A stretch of DNA of 64,000 nt from the human T2T-CHM13v2.0 reference genome, Homo sapiens: assembly GCF_009914755.1 (NCBI RefSeq), contig NC_060941.1. One strand, given 5' to 3'. This document shows positions 43,357-60,157 of the stretch, piece after piece; position 1 is the first letter of the stretch; every line of letters begins with the position of its first letter. Both the position numbers and the translations under genes were made by a program. Under the pieces are notes generated by a model that worked only from the letters and a program-made list of their open reading frames with translations, was not told the origin of the DNA and did no database searches.

Positions 43357-44847
43357 ACCTCCATTCTATTTCCCCACTGGGGATATAAAGAAACAGTAAA
43401 TAATAGAGACTTTCAAAGGGCAAGGATGAACAGGAAGTAATCCCTTATCTGCATTTTGTTCGCTTGACTTTTTTTTTTTTTTTTTTTAGCGTCATTCAGT
43501 AACGCTTTAGGCTACCAAATGTCCCATGAGTCTTCCGATCGAATCCTACTGAACACACCCATACAAGCGTTGACATTTATGAGCATAGCAGCATTTTCAT
43601 GACATGTTTCACAGGTAACTTTTTCTGTGTTAGATGTTTAATTGGCCCAAATTTCTAGGAAGATAAAGGATTGCATGGCAGAGTCGTTAGCAACCAAAAT
43701 CTACTCGTTTTCTTCCCTCTCTGAAGGACTGAATACTTTGCTCGTTATATGGATATGCGTTTAAGCATCTTGATCAGTGGACTTATATTTCTTATGCTAG
43801 GGAAGTTGCATAAAACGGGCTCCATGGATGACACAGTAATATGATTACCCCACGTGTTCATTCTCTGATTCCATGGTGTGCTGTCCTTGGTGAGGGGGCG
43901 TGGCAACACCTCATGGGGACAGGGTAAAGCTCTAAGTCTCCCTGCAGCCTGGATAGTGACGGCTAAGGAGAAGGATATGGAAGACGGGGAGAAATAGGAT
44001 CTGGCTGTGGGGGGATATGTTTTCAGAGATGTGTGTCTGAAAGAAGCCGCAGCTATTTTCTGATCAAGTTGCTCTTTGCACTGATGTTCCATGCATTTTT
44101 TTTTTTTTTTTTGCTTAAAGTTGATCTCATTCCTAAAGCCATGCTTTAAAGAAACCTTCTGTTCTCTGCCCAGAAAACTACAGCCGACCTACCGATGTGG
44201 TTGTATTTAGGTTATAACCTGCTCAGGGAGTTGAGAAGGTGCCGCACACCCAGTTATAAGATGCTAGGGAGCTGACAAAATCAGCACATGGAAATTTCTT
44301 TATCTAATATGGTTCTAGACAATCAGATCAGCACTCTTATCCCTATTGCTAAAAGGCAGCTTTGTTTAGTTTCTTAGGTGACCCCCAAATAAAAGGAAGT
44401 AGGATGTGTGTGCTGGGGGTCTCTCATGAGGGACCTTCTGAAGTATTTTGCTGGGTGTCTGCTAGCTGGGCACGGCTACTGTGTGTCTGCTGAGCTTCCA
44501 CCGCTGACCCACTTCTATTTCCTTCCTCCTGAGAGGCGATCTTAGCATCTCTGCTCAGGCCTCAAGCAGAGGTAGAATTCAATAGCATTTGTTCCCAGGA
44601 GTCTTCTCTCAGATAAAAGCAAAAAACAAAAAACAAACCAAAACAAAAACAAACAAAAAACCCCCAACTCCCTCCCATAGTTTAAAGACAGCTTTTATGA
44701 GCAAGGATCTGGAGCTCAGCCACGTGTCCCTGAGTCGCTGTTCTGCGGAGGAGAGTGAGCTGATGACAAGGCTCCGGGGCCCACACCGTGGTGCCTCATG
44801 TTAATTACATGTCGTGGCACGTTCACTGCACTTCCTTCCCCACCTAC

Positions 44848-45014
44848 CTGATGTTATTTTCACTTTCAGCCACTTTTTCAGGCACTCTTGATGAACAAAC
44901 TGCAGGCTTCCCACACAGCCACAAGGCTCCAGGAGGGGGTTGCTTGGGGAACCCCCGGCTATCTGACAGATGCGACACAAGTCTCCCTCCTCCTCGGAGT
45001 CCTCCTCCAGGAGA
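44848..45014 (-). CDS. MARCHF10: MARCHF10 exon 7, RING-CH ([17 protein letters not shown]...[29 protein letters not shown])
   Basis: catttag| and |gtaggt; CRIC...PCxCxGSLxxVHxxCLxxW is the C4HC3 RING-CH signature. Confidence 0.97.
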
Positions 45015-45181
45015 CTAAATGTGAAAACAAGCCCTCGTGACCAGGAGGCTACACGTTTGCAGTTTCTACAAATACCAGTTCCCAGAGCATTGACAGAGAA
45101 GGAAGAGGGCTCCTGGTACTCACCCGCTGCCCCCTCTGACCCTACTGAGATGATTTTTGATAACACAGGCACAAATTCTCT

Positions 45182-45473
45182 CTTTTTTTTTGAAACAGAG
45201 TCTCACTCCGTTGCCCAGGCCGGAGTGCAGTGGCACAATATTGGCCCACTGCAGCCTCAACCTCCTCAGGCTCTGGTGATCCTCCCACTTCAGCCTCCCA
45301 AGTAGCTGGATTACAGGTGCATGCCACCACACCTGGCTATTTTAAAAATTATTTTGTAGAGATGGAGTCTCATGATGTTGCCCAGACTGGTCTTGAACTC
45401 CTGGGCTGAAGCGATCCACATGCCTTGGCCTCCCAAAGTGCTGGGATTACAGGTGTGAGCCCCTGGGCCTGGC
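45182..45473 (-). mobile_element. AluJ-like
   Basis: Reverse Alu; aggcacaaattct TSD. Confidence 0.88.
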
Positions 45474-46536
45474 TGAGGCACAAATTCTTGTAACAGGCTT
45501 CTTTGCAATTGTCAATACGTGTGAGCTGACATGGAGGACCAGCACTGCCACCATAAATCAAGAGGTAAAGGGAAATGGCTACAGAATCATTTTCAAACTG
45601 GAGTCAAGGCCAGGAGCCCCTCTCCCTGCCAGGAAGTTGGTGGGGGTGGCATACTGGTGAGTGCATGGGATTCGTGGTCAGGGGGCCTGGGTTTGAGGCC
45701 AGCCTCTGAAACTTGTGAGTTGTGTGACTTTGGATAAGTTCCTTAATCTTCCCAAGACCCTGTTTCCTCATCTGTACAATGAGGGTCATGGTGATAACAC
45801 CACTGCCACCTACTTCCTAGGGCTGTGGCCAGGCTGGCTACGTGTGACAATGAGGAACCTGTTCTGCAAACTGTAAAGTACATCTAGTGTCTGGCAAGGT
45901 GTTGTGCACAGAGTTCACTTAATAGATGTTGGTTTAGGTGGATGATGAACCAATAAACCTGGACACAATCTCCCGAATAACACCACACATGCCAACAAAT
46001 GACATCAGCATTCCAGAATGTAAGCGGCTGGAATCTGATGAAGATAAGAACTAACGAAAATGTAAGTAAAGATATTTGTGTCTAATAAATGGTGAGTGAA
46101 GAATAGCTGGTCGATGTTCATGTTGGGAGGTTTTAAGAAGCCTAAGGCTATTTTCTTTTCTTTAGAGTCCTCACGGGACTGGGGGCCATCTGGTCAAGGA
46201 AAGGAAACTGGCTAGAGACTAAAATCAAAAGAGGAAGAAATGGACATTGCTCTGGATGGAGAAATATATGCTCAATTTCTTGAAAGACTTTTTTCCCCAT
46301 GAAAGGGCAGCTCAGTGTAAAGAAGCAGAATTACAGTTTTCCATTATGGACATTCTCAATAACTTAAAGACATTTTCAACATTCAGACTTCAATACATTT
46401 CAACATAATTTCCATATTTTCGTAAGTAATCAGGAAGAACATGTGTACATGGGAGTGAGTGCTCCAACTGGTGAAGATAAACTAGAGAGAGATCTTGCAA
46501 GTTTGAGAAGGTAGGCAGAAAAGTGGTAGAAGATTA

Positions 46537-46839
46537 TTTTTTGTTGTTGTTGTTTGTTTTGAGATGGAGTCTTGCTCTGTCACCCAGGCTGGAGTGCAGT
46601 GGCTCGATCTCAGCTCTCTGCAACCTCTGCCGGATTCAAGCGATTCTCCTGCCTCAGCCTCCCGAGTAGCTGGGATTATAGGCGTGCACCACCACACCTG
46701 GCTAATTTTTGTATTTTTAGTAGAGATAGGGTTTCACCATGTTGGCCAGGCTGGTCTCGAACCCTTGACCTCAGGTGATCCGCCTGCCTTGGTCTCTCAA
46801 AAGTGCTGGGATTACAGGTGTGAGCCACCACACCTGGCC
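46537..46839 (-). mobile_element. AluS
   Basis: Reverse Alu; tagaagatt TSD. Confidence 0.92.
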
Positions 46840-47296
46840 TAGAAGATTTTTAATTTAGGCAACTACACGGGATTTGCATTTGGAAACAAGTGCTCTAAAT
46901 CAGTGGTTTCCAATAGAAAATAAATGACCATCAGGTTCACCGGTAGAGATTTTACAAACAGATTCCTGGGCTCCACCCTTAGAGGTTCTGGTTCAGTATC
47001 TGGGGCCCAGGAACCTGAACGTTAAGATGGTCATGCAGGTCTGAAGATCACTGATCTCAACAGGAGGACGAAGGGCTCTGTGGTGAACTTGTTATGGTTG
47101 ATAAATATCTGACTCTTAACTTAAGGTCCTCCATCTTCTCAAAGGTATAGGTGGGGATCCACTGGCTACCCTACTTTGCAAAAAAATTTTTTTTAACAAA
47201 TAAAAGTGAAGAAGAGACGGAAAAGCACAGAAAAGAAAAGGAGAATCAAGCATAAAATCATTACCCCAAAGTAACTGCTTGTTAATAGTTGAGTCT

Positions 47297-47430
47297 GGCC
47301 GGGTGCAGTGGCTCACACCTGTAATCCTAGCACTTTGGGAAGCCGAGGCAGGAGGATGGCTTGAGCTCAGGAGTTCAAGCCCAGCCTGGGCAACACAGCG
47401 AGACCTTGTCTCAAAAAAAAAGAAAAAAAT
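47297..47430 (+). mobile_element. FLAM / Alu left monomer
   Basis: Monomeric Alu with A tail. Confidence 0.85.
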
Positions 47431-47957
47431 ATATAGCTTGGTGTACTAGCCTCTGGTATTACTCCTGTGCACATACTGTTTTATAGAATTGAGACTGCTT
47501 TTAGGATTAGCTCAAGATAGCAGGCTAAGCACCCCCATCAGTCTCCTTTCCCACACAAATCTCTTAAAAGACCAAAAAAGAAAATTAAATAGAATGAATC
47601 CACAATAGTGCTGGAAAACAAGCAGGCCAGAAATAATGAGGAATTCTTGGAAAGTCGATGAAGATATGATGATATTGACGAGAGGAAAGGAAATGGCAAC
47701 CCAAGGCATTCTCACAGAAGCATGGAGAAGGGAAGGGCAGACCCAGGGAAATGCCAGGCTTGGGCTGCACCAATGCAGGGGATGGGGCAATTATGAGGGT
47801 ACGAGCTCAAGAACTGCTTCAGCACGAGGGGACCAGCTGCTGCCCCCTTTCAGATACCCTGTGATGCAGGCAGCAGGTGGCATAGTGCCTCTCCCAGGGG
47901 AACATTCTGTCATTGTATTCCAAAGAAAGGGAACTCTCCATAAAGGTCAAAGTTTTT

Positions 47958-48236
47958 TGTCTTGCTAGAGACAGGTCTCACTCTGTCGCCCAGTGGCAAT
48001 CATAGCTCACTGCAACCTCAAGCTCCTGTGCTCAGCTGATCCTCCCACTCCAGCCTCCCAAGTAGCTGTGACCACAGGTGCACGCCACCATGCCCAGCTA
48101 ATTTTAATTTTTTTTTTTCTTAGAAACAGGGTCTCCATTGTTGCCAGGACTGGTTTCAAAGTTTTGGCCTCAACCAATCCTGCCTCAGCCTCCCAAAGTA
48201 CTGGGACTGTGGGGAGTGAGCCACTGTGCCTGGCCA
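47958..48236 (-). mobile_element. AluJ-like
   Basis: Reverse Alu; aggtcaaagtttttt on both flanks. Confidence 0.85.
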
Positions 48237-48846
48237 CAGGTCAAAGTTTTTCAGAAAGTTCATGAATGACATTCAATTACACAAAACCTCCCATTCAGGA
48301 AACTGGATCTCAGAGGAGAAAAAGCACACAATTGCCGGGGACAGCGTGCTGGCCACCTCTCTCTACTAAACCACCCATTCCTTCCTTCATGAAACAACTG
48401 GGGGCCACCTGTCACATGTGGAAACCACCAGCATGAATGAGAGGGGACAAGGAAAATAAGTCAGCTGACTCTAGAGGAAATGAATTGTTTAACGAAGGGA
48501 GGAGGTAATTCTCAGGAGGATTCAGAGAATATTGGCAGCTGCTATGTAAAAGGAACAGCAAGAGATAAGGAGGATTTCTGGAGATTTAAAAAAATGTGAT
48601 TAACGAAATAAAAAATTCCAGGTGAAACAATATTAATGGACAAAATATAATTCAGGCTAAAAGTCTAAAGCTAAATATTGATTGATCCACCAAGAAGAGA
48701 TCAGCCATGAGCTTTAATGCACTAAATAAAAGCAAAATTCTTATACATGCAAAGGAGAATGGGCAAATCCAAATCAGAGTGAAGGATTTTAATCAATGTC
48801 TTTCAGAAATTGACAAACTCAATGGAAAAGAATAAAGTATGAAGGG

Positions 48847-49153
48847 TTTTTTTGTTTGTTTTTAAGACAGGGGTCTCACTCTATTGTCCAGGCCGGAGTG
48901 CAGTGGCAAGATCTTGGCTCACTGCAGCCTCTGCCACCTCCTGGGCTCAAAGTGATCCTCCTGCCTCAGCCTCTCAAGTAGCTGGGACCACAGGCACACG
49001 CCACCACCCCAGGTTATTTATTTATTTTTTTTTTGTAGAGATGGGGTTTTGCCATGTTGCCCAGGCTGGTCTTGAATTCCTGAGCTCAAGGAATCTGCCC
49101 ACCTTGGCCTCTAAAAGTGCTGGGATTATAGGTGTGAGCCACTGTGCCTGGCC
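48847..49153 (-). mobile_element. AluJ-like
   Basis: Reverse Alu. Confidence 0.88.
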
Positions 49154-49359
49154 TGAAGGATTTTAACATATGTATTTTATATATGTATGCCAACAAAGAG
49201 AGAAGAAAGAATGTACAACCTTTTCTAATGCCATAGCATATTTATAAGTATTGAATATGTATTAGGGCACAAAAAATACTGTTCGTATTTTCTGAGATCA
49301 CAATGTAATTAAATTAGGATGGGCAATAAAAAATTTTGAAAAGAGGGTAACAAAGAGAG

Positions 49360-49806
<447 letters not shown>

Positions 49807-49812
49807 TAAATC

Positions 49813-50284
49813 AGCCGGGTGCAGTGGCTCACGCCTGTAATCCCAGCACTTTGGGAGGCCAAGGTGGGCAGATCATGAAGTCAGGGGTTCGAGACCAGCC
49901 TGACCAACATGGTGAAGCCCCGTCTCTACTAAAAATGCAAAAATTAGCCGGGTGAGGTGGCGCCTGACTGTAATCCCAGCACTTTGGGAGGCCAAGGTGG
50001 GCAGATCATGAAGTCAGGGGTTCGAGACCAGCCTGACCAACATGGTGAAGCCCCGTCTCTACTAAAAATGCAAAAATTAGCCGGGTGAGGTGGCGCCTGC
50101 CTGTAATCCCAGCTACTCAGGAGGCTGAGGCAGGAGAATCGCTTGAACCTGAGTGAGTGGTGGAGGTTGCAGTGAGCCGAGATTGCACCACTACACTCCA
50201 GCCTGAGCAACAGAGTGAGACTTCGTCTCAAAAAGAAAATGAAAAAAAAACCACACAACAAAACCCCAAAAAACAAAAACAAAA
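49813..50284 (+). mobile_element. Trimeric Alu (duplicated left arm)
   Basis: 133-bp tandem duplication 49835-49967 / 49968-50100; TSD aaaaccataaatca. Confidence 0.93.
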
Positions 50285-50657
50285 CCATAAATCAACAATA
50301 AATGTGTATAATTGATGGAGCATTTCACGCAGTGAAAGTCCGAAAACAGACTGATAAGGATAGTGTATGCCAAAGAAAGCATTTCAAATTAGTAAGGAAA
50401 GGATAGAATGATTGTGGATTAATGGGATAAACATTTTTAAAAAGACCTTAGAACCTCATCTAATACCATACATCAAAATATATTCCATATGAATTTAAGT
50501 ATAGCTACCATGTATTAAGCGCTTACTGTATGCTAGATAGTCTATGACACACATAAATGTTTAAAACCTCATTTAGTTGTCACTGTTCTTTGAGGAGTAT
50601 GTATTGTTATTTCTATTTTCTGGATCAAAAAACAGGTTTTTAGAAATGAAGGAACCT

Positions 50658-51008
<351 letters not shown>

Positions 51009-51265
51009 CTAAAAGTTGGTAGAATCAGGAATGAAATCTAGAACCATAAGACAGCAAAGCCCATATTTCTAACCACTATGATATATGAAAGGAGAATATA
51101 ACAATACTAGACAAAAATAATTATGGATGCTTGAGTGAGCATTGGAGTTTCTAAGCATGGCACCAAATGTGAAAGTGATACAGGAAAATACTGACAGATT
51201 TGATTGTAAGTAATGTTAAAATTCTACTACACCAAAAATATATACATAAAATGTAAAGTAAATAA

Positions 51266-51611
<346 letters not shown>

Positions 51612-51929
51612 AAGAATTACTAATGACAAACATTAAAAAGCATAGAAATTCCTGGAACTGGAAAGGGCGTGGAGAAAGAGGACCCTCATAAGGGGTGGTG
51701 AGATCGCTAACGTGTAGAACTTTCCTGAAGCACAATTTGACAATATACATTAAGAACCTTAAGACTCTGCATTCCTTTCATCAGCAGTTACACATTTAGG
51801 AAGTTTTTCTAAGTAATTAGTTATGCATGTGTTATAAAAGGAGACCGATCAAATCATAATAGACACATTTAATATAAGCAGCCCTCAAAAAAATTGACAT
51901 AACACTGTAAGATGAGAAAAGGATTAAAA

Positions 51930-54550
<2,621 letters not shown>

Positions 54551-55980
54551 AACTTTTAAAAACATGTGATTGAGAAATAGGATTAGATATTAAATTAAGG
54601 CATATTGGAAAATAATATCAACAGATACTCACTAAAAATTGCATTTATATGCAAAGATAAAAGACTAGAAACAATGTTTTTAACTGTTTATCTTTGGATG
54701 ATAGGGTTACAGGTGATTTTTCTTTTAAGTCTGTATTTTTAATATTTCCCAAAAGGAACAAATTTGAAATAATAAGAAAAGCATAAAGTTTATTATATAC
54801 AGAAAAAAGAGAGTGTCTGGATAAACTATTAATAGGTACACGAATAATAGCTGTTTAATGCAAGACCATGCCTGGAAGTGAATGCATTTTCAAAGAAATT
54901 ATTTTTAGCTCAAGGGCATCACTTTGGGATGGTAGAAATTTAGACTTCTGACAAGTAGGTCTGAAGCTGTATTTCTGGGGAGGTGAGGATTGGTGGGTGT
55001 AAGGTCTCTTGCCCCTTAACCGTGGGTCGGTCTTCTGGTAGCTTAATGTGGAAAAGAAAAGGTACTGCTAACTAGAAAGTTACTTCATTACTGGAGTTGG
55101 ATAAATGATATTTATTAATAGGAACAGGTATGCATTCTATGTTCCATTTTCCTCTCGTTTTTACCTTTCTAATTCACAGCCCACATGAGTCATGCTAATA
55201 TACACAAAGAGGGCTCAAATTCCAAGAATCAATTTCCAGATCAGTAAGCCAAGATCAGAGCATGGTAAACACCTATCATAAATGAAATGGTAGAATCCTG
55301 ACATGGTGTTTAATGATGGCTTTACAAAGTATCACATTTCATAGCTGTGAACTATCCCCAAATCATCTCACAAAAAAGGAAAGATCAAAGAAAAGGGCAA
55401 TTCAGAAAAGATCTTATTTCTCTCTCTCTCTTGCATGAAAAAGAGCACATAAAATAGAAGCAGTGGTTACCCCAGCGTGGCCCTTCAGAGAACCGAGGTA
55501 ACTATGGTAACTAAGAACGGTCTTTTAGTTCGCAAGGTTCGAATTCTAGAACTGTTGGTTGGATTTGGGGTAAGTCCCATAAGGGAGAGCTGCGAACTTC
55601 AAGTGTGGACTGGTTCATTCTCTAGGGAGATAGCAACCTTTTCCTAAAAAATCTTGGTTCTTCATTGCTGGGAGAGAAGAACAAGCCCTGTGAAGCAGTC
55701 AGAGATCCTTATACCCAGCAGACTTAAGGGTGTGGTATTCAAGGAAAAAAACACTTTGGGAAATAGAGAAGAAACTGATCAGGAACACCAGACTTTTCTT
55801 TATAAATACGTATATTTTAAGAGCAACAAAACAGAGACAATTTTCTCAAAATAAGCAACCACTAAAATGTCAAGGAAGGACCCATTTATGACTTAAAATT
55901 CCCATGGCTCTCTAACGAAAGCAATGCTAATTTCGGCCTTGGGAAAGTGGAAAAAATATATAATTATGAAAAGTCCTCAC

Positions 55981-57382
55981 CTTTCTTGCAATTTCTTGAG
56001 TTTCTCAGGGTCTGCCTTTATCTTACTGGTTTCCTTTTCATCTGTGAAACCAGAGGCTGCCATCCTGCTCCCATTATCATTTTGATTTGGGAAATGAGAC
56101 ACTGCAAAGAAAGTAAATGGTGTATTTTCTTGCAGAGACCCAGACACATGCAAATGGCCTTCTGAGTTCATTCTTGATGGAGAGGAGCTGGAAGAATCCA
56201 CTAAGGACAAATTGCCCTGTGGATTTAGTAAGAGATCTGTATATAGTGGAGCCCCCTGAGGCTGGCTTGTTAAAGTAGTATCTTCTGCTTCCCTGACAGC
56301 AAATTCGTGTGCACTATTTACTGGGAAATAATTATGGTTTTCGGCACTGGCAAATGGAGTCCTATTTCTAATGGGAGACAGTGGTTGGCAAACATGAAAC
56401 CCTGAGTTTCCCTCTGAGTCTGAGCTGTGAACTGAAGTCGATGACATTGACAAGTCTACTGGAATATCATCTCTCAGAGCAGAATGCATGAATGATGCAG
56501 GAGGGTTATAGGATGAATTCACTGATGATCTTGGAGATATTGGTCTGCCAGAAATAAAGTAGTCAAGAGAATTTTGAGAACTGTTTAAATAGTCTTTCCA
56601 GTATCCTTCAGAATCATGGGTGCCAGGCCTATGTTCCACAGAAATACAATCACTCCATACATTTTCAGCATTGACACCAACCTCTTGTCTGGGCTCGGAT
56701 TTGGTGTCCCACGAAAGAGGGCTCTTTTTCGCATTTTCACTGCCACCTCTGTCCTTCTCTGTAGCAGATTCCCTATCAGGCAGCCCGGGGTCTTGGGACA
56801 ACCTTTGCCCAGCAGAAGGCCGCTCTGTTGCTGGCTCCATTGCATTGCTTATTCTCAATGAGCCATGACTGGGCTCACTTCTTCTTGAAGAATGACCTCT
56901 GCAATTTTCAGCATTTTCTTCAAAATTTTTATTTTTGGCCTGAGGGGTCGATGTCCCCCCAGATCTACTTCTTTTGTGATGGGAAGGAGAACAGGGTGAG
57001 CGCACACCAACCCACAGACATTCTTCAGACTGGGTTTCCTCTTCAGTGTCATCGCTTTCTCTTCTGCTGTTCAATGACAAAATGGAATAAAAGTCTTCAT
57101 CTCGGAACCTAAATGATGCCTTTCTTGGCCCTCCTACAGTGGTGGGTGTGAGTGGTGGCCCCGAGAACTCACTCAATACTTGAGGACTATTTTTTCCTTG
57201 GAAGGCCTGGGACAGGGCTGGATGCAGCTCACTCTGGGAAGGAGCACTCGGGTCTCCTTTTTTGGCTCTATCAGGGGCGTTCTCAGTCATTGGCTGTGAC
57301 GATGGGACCAAGTTTCTTCTCTCTTGATTTGGCCTCTTCAGCTTAGTGTTACACATCAGGCCTTCTTGTTGAACTACTTGAT
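55981..57382 (-). CDS. MARCHF10: MARCHF10 exon 6, 1402-nt Ser/Pro-rich, probably disordered region (DQVVQQEG...DPEKLKKLQE)
   Basis: Core of the 511-aa ORF; ttttctcaatgcag| acceptor and AAG|gtgagg donor; joins the RING exon in frame (QE|SLLEED). Confidence 0.97.
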
Positions 57383-58087
57383 CTGCATTGAGAAAAGACA
57401 CATTTATCGTTCCAGTAAAAGGGCCCATGGATGAAAGGCCTCTAGCACCAAGTGCAAAATTGCCCTTTAAATGCAACAGACAAGACCTAGAGAAGAAAAC
57501 AGACACGGTCAAAATGGCTGGAGGTACAAGAGGAGCAGAGCCCAGCAGGCTTCATTTTACTGCCCCGTATTCTCCTTTGTACCCCTGTGGTCCTAGGGAA
57601 ATGGGGGGACCCTGAGGATACAGATTCTTTCTGCAGAAGCTCCCGGAAGACTGGCCCAGCCCCAGCCAGTCAGGACTGATGATGCGCAAACCTCACACTA
57701 AATACTGGCTTTTGTTCCATACGTACTGAAAGGGAAAACCACCACTCTGGGAATGACTTCTACAAAAACCACCAGCCCTTTCTCATCCACGTTCATTCAA
57801 TGTACATTTATGACACCCTGCCTCCCACGCAGCTTTACAAGAACTTAAGAGAAGTATAACATGTCTTGGCAGATCAGGAGGAAGGCTATAGGAGCTGGCG
57901 CCCGGGGAACACTGGGGATTTTGGTCATGTTTACTATTTAGTGAAAATAAAAATTATAAATCGCTCATGAAATCGTTATCTTCTCTTTGTCACTAGCCCC
58001 AGGTCAATTCTGTAACTTCTGGCTGCCCTAGAATCCCTACTATGAATTCCTACACAGAATCACTGAACTGGCCAGAAGCATGCTAAC

Positions 58088-58109
58088 TGTCTCTCTCTGT
58101 CTCTCTCTG

Positions 58110-58166
<57 letters not shown>
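58088..58166. repeat. (CT)n/(CA)n microsatellite
   Basis: Direct inspection. Confidence 0.95.
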
Positions 58167-58167
<1 letters not shown>

Positions 58168-59082
58168 CTTAAGCCTCACAACCCTGTGAAATAGGTAACA
58201 CAATCATACGACATTATAACTTGAGAGTACCAAGGCTTAGGGCAGTCACATAACTAGCCCAAGATCCTATTTCCAGTAAGTGATGGAATGAACATTTGAA
58301 CCCACGCCTGCTCGATACTAGGGTTTGTGTTCTTAACCACCACCCTGTGTTAGCCCTTAAGAAACTGGCTGGCCTTCCGATTTCCTTGTGAAAATGAGAA
58401 TCCATTGAATTCATCGTGGTGTGTGTGTGCTGTTGAGGGTCTTTTACCCTCTTGATGTGAGAAGGAAACTGACAGTACTTCTCTGATGCCACTTACCTTT
58501 ATTCCCTCCTGACATCGGCCTCCCCCCGCTTTGTTCTCCTCTCTGCTATTGTGTGGGATCTGATGAGATGCTGCTCTTTTTATCATTCCATTTCTAAAGC
58601 GGTTCACCCTGTAGAGTGGACGGGACTCCACGGGCCCTGGAAGGTCTGTGTTGATAACAGCTCGGGCTGGTGAAATGCAAATCCTCAGAGCATCGGGCAC
58701 CACCAAGGGCCAAGTCAATTCTGGCTCACTTTAATTGGGGCTCCTCACAGGGGGGCACCAGTGTGAGTCTCTAATGTCCTAACACTCGGGCAGCTTCTTT
58801 TATTGTTAACTGCATGGGACACTCAGCAACGCAGTATGAATCTTGACTCATCAGCTCTTCTAGAAATCAGTTAAGCTCTCCTCTCAGGCCCCTCCTGGGT
58901 TTTATAAACCCCAGTTAGAGATGCAGCAGCAATTCAAGGATGCTTTGAGCATCTGGCTGTGGAACTACAGCGCTGGAGCTGGTGGCGAGGCCACTCCAGA
59001 CTGGGCCGACCCCCATTTTGGGAACAAATGCTTCTACGTAAGCAACTGAATTCTCCTGAAAATTTTTTAAAATAGAAAAGGG

Positions 59083-59746
<664 letters not shown>

Positions 59747-60111
59747 GGCTGATGACTTTTTGTTTTGAATTTGTTGGAGGGCCTTGGAGGTGAGCTCACA
59801 GCGCTGGAACCGGAATCTTCCGGTCATTCCCTGAACGCACATGACCCATCCCTGTGAGGAGAAACACCCAATGGGCAAAAGAATCAGCAAGGGCCGCTTT
59901 TGAAAAACAGAAACTGGAAGCTCAACGGGAGCCATTAGCTCATCTCATAGAGGCCACTGAGTTGCCACAGAGTGATGCTGGCCTGGGGGACAGAAGAAGT
60001 CCCAGGGTATGCGCGGTGTTGCGGCTCCTGCAGATTCCTGAAACATGCATCTTCACCCCTGTCTCGTCACCACAATGGTCTTCCTCTTTAAAAATTCAAT
60101 CAGAGCTTCTC

Positions 60112-60115
<4 letters not shown>

Positions 60116-60149
<34 letters not shown>

Positions 60150-60157
60150 GTGTGTGT
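60116..60157. repeat. (TG)n microsatellite
   Basis: Direct inspection. Confidence 0.95.

Noticed and set aside
57383-57512. N-terminal 43 aa of the 511-aa ORF
   Set aside because: Lies upstream of the clear acceptor ttttctcaatgcag at 57383; intronic read-through of the frame
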